In this document: piece after piece, positions 46,725 to 64,000 of the stretch | Layout of the letters: the number at the start of each line of letters is the position of its first letter | Numbering within the stretch: position 1 is the first letter of the stretch | Origin: Amoebidium appalachense | Lineage: Eukaryota; Protista; Ichthyosporea | NCBI GenBank assembly: GCA_963693365.1 | Contig: CAVNZM010000003.1 | Location: 11,257,651-11,321,650 of the forward strand | Direction: 5' to 3' | DNA: 64,000 nt | The notes under the pieces: model-generated | What the model was told of the DNA's origin: nothing | What the model saw: only the letters and a program-made list of their open reading frames with translations | Databases searched by the model: none | Translations under genes and position numbers: made by a program

Positions 46725-48132
46725 ACCACCACCACCACCACCACCACCACCCAGCTGACTCCTCCTAAAAATTTGGGTTGGCGCCTGGTTGGCTGGTCTA
46801 TGTGTTTTTCTTCTTTCTCCCTTTGCACAGCTAACTGTGTGGTCTCCCGGTGTCCACCGCTCCATCCATCACTAGAGGTTGCTGTGCCCCCCCCCCCCCC
46901 CCCCCAAACACCCCACTCACAGTACTAGTCTCTTCTCCCTCCCGACCTTTTTCCTGCCCACTTACCAATTCCTTTCTAATAATAAATAGTGCTAAAACAA
47001 GTATATACACTTCAAACATGGCTTCTTACGCTTAAAGAGAGAGAGAGAGGGAGAGGGGAGGGAGGGAGCGAGAGAGAGTGAGTGAGAGGGAGAGGGAGGG
47101 AGAGAGAGAACTCTCGAGTATGTGGGTGGGTGGGGGGCTGGGTGGCTGAGTGGGTGTGCTGGCGTGTGGGTGTGCGGCGGGTGTGGGGGTGTGCGTGTCT
47201 TTTTTTAGGCCTTTTGTGTGTGTGTGTGCGTGCGTGTGTGACTGTGTTCATGTCTGGGTGTGTTACGGTGTGGTTGTGTGTCCACTGTGCCAGCCGCGCC
47301 GGAGTCTGATGTTGTGCGTTAATGTGCTCTTTCTCTCCCTCAGTTCTTTGTTCTGTGCAAGAGCGAGAGCGTGTATATGGGTGTTTGTATGTGTGTGTGT
47401 GTGTGTGTGTGTGTGCCAGAGTCTTCCCCCCCCCCCCCCTCCCCCCTTCCCCTCCCCCCTTGAGCTCGCGCCACACCCACACCACCACCCATACCACTGC
47501 AACGCTGGTTGGCACACGCAACCACATGAGCTCCGCAGACGACACATTTATATATATTTATGCATGTTTTTATGGGTGTTTGCGTGTGTAATATAATTAT
47601 CTATGACGGGTTTAACCATGTCTCCTCTGGCGAGTCAGCGAGCCTCCGCGAAGAACTTTGCGTAGTCAGTGAGTATGACTTCGATAGGGCTGGGGCATCA
47701 AATCGATCCAAACCAGCCTGTTCCATTTTTGCAATCCGATTCGAGCCCTTCAGTTTCCAGGCCCGGATAGATAAGGAGTCCTGGAGGTCTTGCCCCCGCC
47801 CCCCCCTCCTCGGAGTTTGCCCGCCAAAAATTAACTTTAGGAAATTTTGATTGGACTAGCCAGCGGAAAGAGTTTGGACAACGCGGCATATTCTTATTCG
47901 ACAATTCTAACATAAAACGTCGATGATTGGTTTAGAGCCTTCTATGGAATTCGGGATTTTGCTGCTCTTACGTGAGCAGGAAAATATTGATTGAACGAGA
48001 GTCATTCGTGCAAAATAGTGCGGCTCATTCGCTCGTCTCAGCATATAAATTCTGTTGTCTTCCGTGAGCACACAAAACAAGTCAAAGTGGCAAAGCGAAC
48101 AGGAAATAATTGAGGGGAAAAAAACGCTGAAA

Positions 48133-49045
48133 ATGACACACAGGAGATTAGCACAGCTAGCAGTTTTAGCCGCGGCAACATTGACATTGACACCTACGGG
48201 TGTATACGCCGGCTGGCAAAACCAAGGAAGACACACAGACAATCGTGTTCTGTTGCAGGATGTAGAAGCATTGACCCTTCGTAGCGGTGAATACACTACT
48301 GGCAGGAGATCATCACCTGTTCCTCAACTGAAGTGCATGGGAACGTACTGTGCGCATAAACCTGACACGGTCCGGTGCGTAAACAGCGGGTCCGATGGAA
48401 ACGATGTGCAGTGGGAGTGTAAGGTGAGTTATTGTCCTCCTTTCTGTGGTTGTGGTTCCATATTCCTTCGATGTTTTCAAAGACCCACCTTTTATTGGAA
48501 AAGGAGGCCCTTTACTACTTGTAACTAGGCACATGGTTCTGTTGTGTTTTTATTACGCTTGGAGTTTCATTCTTTTGGTAGCGCAAGCGGTGCACAAATG
48601 AGGAGGAAGGGGGTTTGTCGAGTTTTGAGATCATTTGTTGCTTTTCCTTCCAATGATTTCTGTAGGCAGTGGTTGTGTTTGCTTATGGGTGCCTTTTAAT
48701 GCCGGTGTCATAACGATTGTGTTCGTGTATTGCAAGTGCGATGTTCGTGTGTGTGTGTGTGTGTGGTGTGTATGTGTGAGAGTGTGTCTGCGCACGTGTT
48801 GTAATGACGTTGTGTGTTTTGTCTTACAGTTTTTCCAAGCTCGCACTGTGTGTGTGTACGTTCTGAGTTTTTCGTTGTTACAGGTGTTTAAATTTGTTCT
48901 GTGTGCCTTGGGGTGTTTTTTTTATTAAAAATTTGTTGTGTGCCGGTGCGGGTGTGTGTGTGTGTGTGCTGTGCCTGTGTGAGGGGGTGTGTGTGTGTCG
49001 GGGGAGGGAGGGAGGGGGGGGGGGGGGGGGGGGGGGGGGGTGGTT

Positions 49046-49097
<52 letters not shown>

Positions 49098-50097
49098 GGG
49101 GGGGAGGGGAGGGGGCTGAGGGGGGAGGTGGAGGGAGGAGGAAGAAAATGGTGCGCAGTGTGGGTAGAGAGGCTTGCAGGGGGAGGAGGCGGAAGGAGCC
49201 GGGGGTGCTTGGAAAAGAGAGGGAGGGGGGGGAGGGGGGAGGAGGCATGAGACCTATAATTGGCCTCCACTACCACTATCCATATACAAACATTTCTTTT
49301 TCGTATGTGCTCTCGTTTTTTGCTCTCTCTCCCCTGTGTCCATTTTTCCTAGGCTTGTCCCTCGTACCTCCCCCTCCCCCCCCACTCCTCCTCCCCACAC
49401 ACAAACACGCAAACACACAGAGATTTGCTTCAAACAGCCCCATTCTCTTTCGCTCTATTGACCTCTTACCCCTCGTGCTAACATTATTTCTTTAACAGGC
49501 GGACCTAGGTAGCGACTACAAATTTGGAAGCATGGACGTTATATGTGAGGGCTACGATTACCCGGACGACCCATATATTCTTAAAGGAAGCTGTGGACTC
49601 GAATACACGCTCGACTTAACGGAAGAGGGAAAACGGCGCAATTCGGGCCAACATTCATGGACCGGTTCGAACTACAATCGAGTCGGGTCGGGCTATTCCG
49701 ACTACTTAAACACGGATAGTTATTACAGCAGCACAAGCAATGGTTTTGGGTTGGGAAGTTTGCTTTGGTACGCGGTGGCTCTCGGAGCCATATACATGAC
49801 CTGGCCGCTATTTTTATCCAAGATAGCACTCGGGTACCTCCTTTTTTCGACGTTTTTCGGGTCGAATATTATCGGTTCGCTCTTTGGCCCGATTCTGTTT
49901 TTCGGCGCGATGGTTTGGTTTTTGAGGACGCTGACTTCGGGAGTAGTTGATGGATCCGGATTTACCCCTGGTTACGGTGCACCTGGTTATGGTGGGATGG
50001 GTGGATGGGGGTGGGGTAACGGATTCGGATGGGGTAACGGGTGGGGTTGGCCTCGGTATGGCAGCAGCGGTTATGGTTATGGGTAAGTCATCGTTCC

Positions 50098-50147
<50 letters not shown>

Positions 50148-50157
50148 AACCTTTCCC

Positions 50158-50188
<31 letters not shown>

Positions 50189-50467
50189 AAAAAAAAAAAA
50201 AAAAACTCGTGTTCGAGAATACACAAATGTTCGGAATGTGTGTAGGTGGTTGGGACCCCCCCCCCCCTCCCCCCTCCCCCCCCCCCCCCCCCCCCCCTCC
50301 ACCCTACGTAGGCACATTCGCACACACATACACACACAGGCACACGTGCACGCACATTCGCCATGCACTTATGTACACACTCGCGCGCGCGTGCGCGTGC
50401 GCGTGCACATACACACACACAACATGGCACATCTCCACCACCCCCAACATCCACCAGATTTCCCCCC

Positions 50468-50499
<32 letters not shown>

Positions 50500-50815
50500 T
50501 TCTTCTTTATCTCTCCCTCCCTGCCCGCTCCCCACCTCCACCCGTTTGTTACGTAAATTTTTTACCAAAGTTGTTTACTAATCATACTTCCTTCCATTCC
50601 CTTACAGGTCGTATGGCAATGACTTTTGGCGTGGTGCCGGGCTTGGTGGGCTGATGGGGTATGCGGCCGGGAGCTACAACAGACCGACCTACCGGGCCGG
50701 TGGGTGGGGTGGTGGGCCAATGGCATCAAGTTACTACGGCCCATCTACGCCATCTATGGGCGGTGGCAGCACTAGTAGGGAGGCTACGGGATATGCCGGC
50801 ACCAGGAGACGCTAG
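48133..50815 (+). CDS. SARAF: Store-operated calcium entry-associated regulatory factor (SARAF/TMEM66), ~360 aa
   Basis: Exons 48133-48423, 49499-50082, 50608-50815. Signal peptide; VLLQDVEALTLRSGEYTTGRRSSPVPQLKC; DVQWECKADL; VICEGYDYPDDPYILKGSCGLEYTL; six luminal Cys; FWRGAGLGGLMGY; C-terminal GYAGTRRR*. Confidence 0.95.
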
Positions 50816-51263
50816 ATTTAGCTATATTTGGGTGTGTGGTGCTATTTTAATTATATGATTGGCGGGTGGGGTGGTGGGCCAATACATCAAGTTATTCTTT
50901 AAGCTCGGGATATGACGGGACTATATTAGGAGACGCTATATATAATTATATTTGGATTTGGGGTGCTATTTTTTTATTATTATTATTATTATTTTTGATT
51001 CGGGGACGGTTTAGCAGTACGCTACAAGTACGGGATATAGGCGGGGACCAGGTTAAAGATGAATTCGGATTCAGGTTCTATGTTTGGATCAGTGTACATT
51101 TTTGAACACAGCCACTCAGCTAATAGGGAGGTAACAGGGCTTATTGGGTCACTGTATGTAGGGGTCAGGAGACATTTTTGGTTGATGGAGTAGTTTTTTT
51201 GCAGCTTTAGTGTGTGAAGAGATTGAGCTGGGTGGGTTGGGTGGGTGGGACGTTAACGATTAG

Positions 51264-51299
<36 letters not shown>

Positions 51300-51971
51300 G
51301 CTTGGGATGGAAAACAGGGATTTCGAAGTTTTGATGCACCTATTGTAGTTGAAAAGACCGAGGCCGGGGCAGTAGCTTTGGCATATAGAGTTGTTGTGCA
51401 AGCCTCGGTAATCCTGGTTAAAGAATTTTGAATTAGATTTGTTCTGGCTCGTTGGCGTACTGTTACGAGTTGAGTTTAGAATATGTGAATGAGTACTAAA
51501 CAATTAGACGAAATACATAAAGTCTGATTTCGAGAAATTTAGCATGCGAATCGTAGGTGCCGGCCGGCTGTAGTACAACAATGTTACATGGATGAAGGGT
51601 ACGCAGCCCAAATTAAAACCGGCATGATAATCGGAATCAAAATGATCATGCCGATTGTTCTCTTATAATTCGTGAAAATTAAAGAAGTTGAAGTATATAT
51701 GGTTTGGTTTGTTTGGCGCTCAACTTCACCACAAACGTGCACGTACGGCTAAGAAGATGCAGTCCGAAGATGGGGAAATGAATTTTGTTGGGGATCAACT
51801 TAAGCCTAAGGGGTGGGCCATGGGGTTGGGTGAATGGAGCGGCTAGTGGTACGGTGGTGTGTGTAAGTACACAGGTGTGTCTCCCTGTGATGCTGTGTGT
51901 GTGTGTACATGTGTATGTATGTGTGTGTGTGTGCTTTTTTTTTTTTTTTTGTTTCATGAATCAGGGTGTTC

Positions 51972-52002
<31 letters not shown>

Positions 52003-52065
52003 TTCCACAACATGTGGCATTGTAACCACCACCATGTGCCATCCGGGCCATGCATTAATGAGCAG

Positions 52066-52130
<65 letters not shown>

Positions 52131-53035
52131 CACAAACAAACTTACCGTATGATACATATGGGCACACCCTGCAGGGCACACATGTGCTACATTCACGGGC
52201 ACCGCGCACCCACCAACCCACCCACCCACACCACCACCTCGTATCTCACCTCGTACCGCCAACCCACCAAATTCCTCAAATCTACCATACATAACACATG
52301 TATTACGTATATACAGCACGAACTAATTTATTATTGGGTGTAGGGTTGGTGTTCATTATTCATGTTCATGGCCTTAAAAGAAGCCGTTCGGGATATCATG
52401 CATATACTCCAAGCTCAGCAATCCTCCAATCAAAAACGCGACCTATTATTTTATTGTTCAGGACCGAATCCGGTTCAATCGGATCATCCATATAAGGAAC
52501 CAACGGCGTGACAACTTGTTAAAACATAGCTGCAGCTATGCTCCTACATGTAGTCAGTGTGCATACATGTCCCAATATTCCTATTTTTCTTCTTCTTTTT
52601 TTGTCATTGCGTTACTGGTCATGTACTTGTCAGCAAAACTTCAGCAAATTTCATCAACCTTAAAAACATTTTCTCTCTCATACTTTGAAATAACATACAG
52701 CACCCAACCGATTAAGACGCTTAAAGCCCTCGAGAGGATTTTGAGAAGTTTGCCAGGAGAAGCAGATTGTTATGTTTTTAAAAAAACAAAAAGCCCCCCA
52801 AAAAAACAAAAAAACAATGATATAAAAAAAAAGAAAACAAAAAGAAAACAAGAGCATATCATTCCACATCATATGGCCCTGCAAACCTCGTCATGCATCC
52901 CCCCCTCCCCCCCCCCCTCCCCCCTCCCCCCTTCCCCCCCCCCCCCCCCCAAAAAAAAAAAAAAAAATTCGTAGGCCGCTTCTTCCCTACACTTGCCGCC
53001 TTATGTACCCGCAAATCCACCTGACTTTACTCCAA

Positions 53036-59213
<6,178 letters not shown>

Positions 59214-60793
59214 TTTCGAAGCAAACGAGAAGATGGGACTCTCGGAAGATTTAAAGCAGCAAATAAACTGGAAAAGGATAAGACCTTCACGCCGCCGACG
59301 TCTTTGTCTGAAGTCTCAAAAAGCTTTCACCTGCTGAATCGTCGTAACGCTATTTTTTTTTTTTGTACGACTTATTCTTTTGTAATGGAGTGGCTCACGA
59401 AGTGGCTCACCAGAGGTCTGTGTGGCCTTACGTAAGGCTGCACAGTAGCGTTTGCGCAATCAGCTATTTGATTGGAGGACATTGCATCACGCGCACCGGC
59501 ACTGCGCACCTGCATGGAAGTCTTGGAAAGACACAGACACACATGCATATGCATGGCCGTGGAAGTGTAACGCATTTTTTCAATATGCATGGCCGTGGAA
59601 ATGTAACGTATTTTTTTAAATTGAAAAATTGCATACGCGTACTGAGCATATGCTTGAGATAAGCAAGCTGTCGATGTGCTCTACTTGCAATATCCCTCAC
59701 AAATGCAGGCTATGTGCACATGTGTAGCCGGTGCGTTAACTCAAAACCGCTGAGAATACTGAATTCGAAGTTGTCGAAAATAGGGCGAAAAAAAGAGAGA
59801 AATCTTCTAAAGATCTGTGCTAAATATCCACATACGATGTGTCCCGGCACCTCATCCTGTACAGCTCACATACGTATAATGTTTATTTGTTATAATAGTT
59901 ATAATAGAAGCACATGCTGCATGCACCTCCCTGTAAACGCGGCCCCTGCAACAACACACACAAGCACACACAAAAAAACATACAGCCGAACCAGAGCACA
60001 ATTCGCTCTAATCCAAACACAAAGTAAACTTTTATGTTACCAGTTTTTCATTTTTATTTTTCGTGTGTACGTATCCAGTTCTTGTACTAGTACTAAAAAT
60101 GCATAAACAGCGACCTAGCGCTATTCATGTGTATTCTGCTTGTTGCGTTCGTTTCTGTGTTTATAATACTCTCAAACGACACAGAGCTAGTCTAAGACAG
60201 CTTGCAACGAGCTTTTCTTACGTCAGAAACCCACTTTCACCGCTAGAGGCACATAAATGGCAGTGCCTTTTCTACAACTAGAAACGAACGTAAATGGTGT
60301 GAATTTTATCACTACATGCAAGATGAGCCTGTAAATGTTGTAGAAAATCCCCTCGACAGCCTAACACATAACCCTCAAGCCTGATTTTATACCATGTTTT
60401 GTTAAAATATCAAATCATGAACGAAAAGAAGAAAAAGCGGACACGCACAAAAAAAATAAAAAATATCGTCATGCCGATCATAATGTCAATCCCAAGACCC
60501 AGCCCACCTGGCCACCCTCACCCCATCCCAACCACCTCTATTTGAATAGAAACACTTCATAACCTAAAACCATCAGACCTGTTTCCTACTCTCCTTATGT
60601 TCGCACCCCTACGCACCCCTTCCCACACAAACACACCTGAGGTTTAGACCATATTTTTCACGTCCTGTCACCATTTCATACTCACGCAACACTCGTGTAT
60701 ACACAAGGTCTTATCAATAACACATCGTAGTCATCTGTCCTACTTCTCCCTCTCTCCCCCACAGACTGTCTTGATCGGTAACACGGTGTCGTC

Positions 60794-63002
<2,209 letters not shown>

Positions 63003-63407
63003 TTATGTGTGCAGGTGTGTGCGGGGATTAGGACTATGAAACTAAGAGATTCAAATAACAAAGAAAAAAGGGGAGATGGGTGGGAGGGACAGGTGTGTAT
63101 CTGTAGGGGGTGTAGACCATGAAGCATAAACGGGTTGTTCGGATAAGATAAGAGATTACGTTGGGAACACTTTCCCGAAAGGGGGGGGGGTGGGGGGGGG
63201 GGGGGGAGTCAGAATGTGTTATAGAGTACGAAGTTCACATTCATGACGGATAACAATGCTGAGTGCAAAGATTGTGCACGCTGTGCTGCGGTATGTGGTG
63301 TGTGTGCGTGTGTGCGTGCATGTGTGTTAGGAATTCTGGACATGTGCGCGCACGCGCACGCGGTAAGTTTGCTTGCACCAGTGGCTAGTTGGTGAGCACA
63401 CTCGGCA

Positions 63408-63500
<93 letters not shown>

Positions 63501-63688
63501 TGTGCGTGTGGATGCGTGTGTGCATGTCTGTGTGTGTATGTGTGTGTGTGCGTGTGTGTGGGTGCATGTCTACGTGTGTGTATGTGTGTGTGTTTGTGTG
63601 TATGTGTGTGTGTTTGGAGCGCGCACGTGTACGCGCACACACATGCACATGTTTCCTTGTAAACATGGCTAGTAGGTGAGCAGACCCG

Positions 63689-63728
<40 letters not shown>

Positions 63729-63730
63729 TT

Positions 63731-63767
<37 letters not shown>

Positions 63768-63955
63768 GCCCGCGCGCACCTGTGGCATCGGGTTTCACAA
63801 CAAAAAGATATAGGGACACCACCAATACACACCAACAGAAAGAGTTTTAAGAGGATCGAGTGGTATGTATCTGCACGTGCGTGTTTGCCTTCACGAGCAT
63901 CCAAGCACAGGGATGGGGTATGCTTGGGGACAGAGGGAGGGACCTAGAGGGGGGT

Positions 63956-63995
<40 letters not shown>

Positions 63996-64000
63996 GGAAG

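Noticed and set aside
51620-51653. 9-bp stem CGGCATGAT...ATCATGCCG between SARAF and PHYHD1
   Set aside because: Isolated hairpin with no supporting context; could arise by chance.

Overview
Eukaryotic, intron-rich genomic DNA. Introns and intergenic spacers are saturated with poly-G/poly-C runs and (CA)n/(GT)n/(GA)n microsatellites, so nearly all ORFs in the supplied track are low-complexity artefacts. Splicing exons by hand (GT-AG, phase-consistent) gives: the 3' part of a eukaryotic BIO3-BIO1-type DAPA aminotransferase (+), convergent with a complete biotin synthase BIO2 (-); two divergent ankyrin-repeat paralogues with intronless coding regions (one split by two +1 frame changes); a double BED-like zinc-finger protein (-); a probable Ett1/Nro1-family protein (+); SARAF/TMEM66 (+); PHYHD1 (-); and the 3' part of a PP2A catalytic subunit (-). 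The animal-like PP2A tail together with intact biotin synthesis suggests a non-animal opisthokont, possibly a unicellular holozoan (inference). The most notable unexplained signals are: (1) the ankyrin pair, with a possible NF-kB/Mga2-like layout and clustered palindromic sites between the genes; (2) a 68-nt element shared by introns of three unrelated genes; (3) G/GT-versus-C/CA polarity of introns whose acceptors lack pyrimidine tracts; (4) recurrent degenerate 'echo' copies of exon ends; and (5) a ~45-copy constant-core array inside BIO2. Coordinates were counted by eye and may be off by a few bases; no database searches were run.
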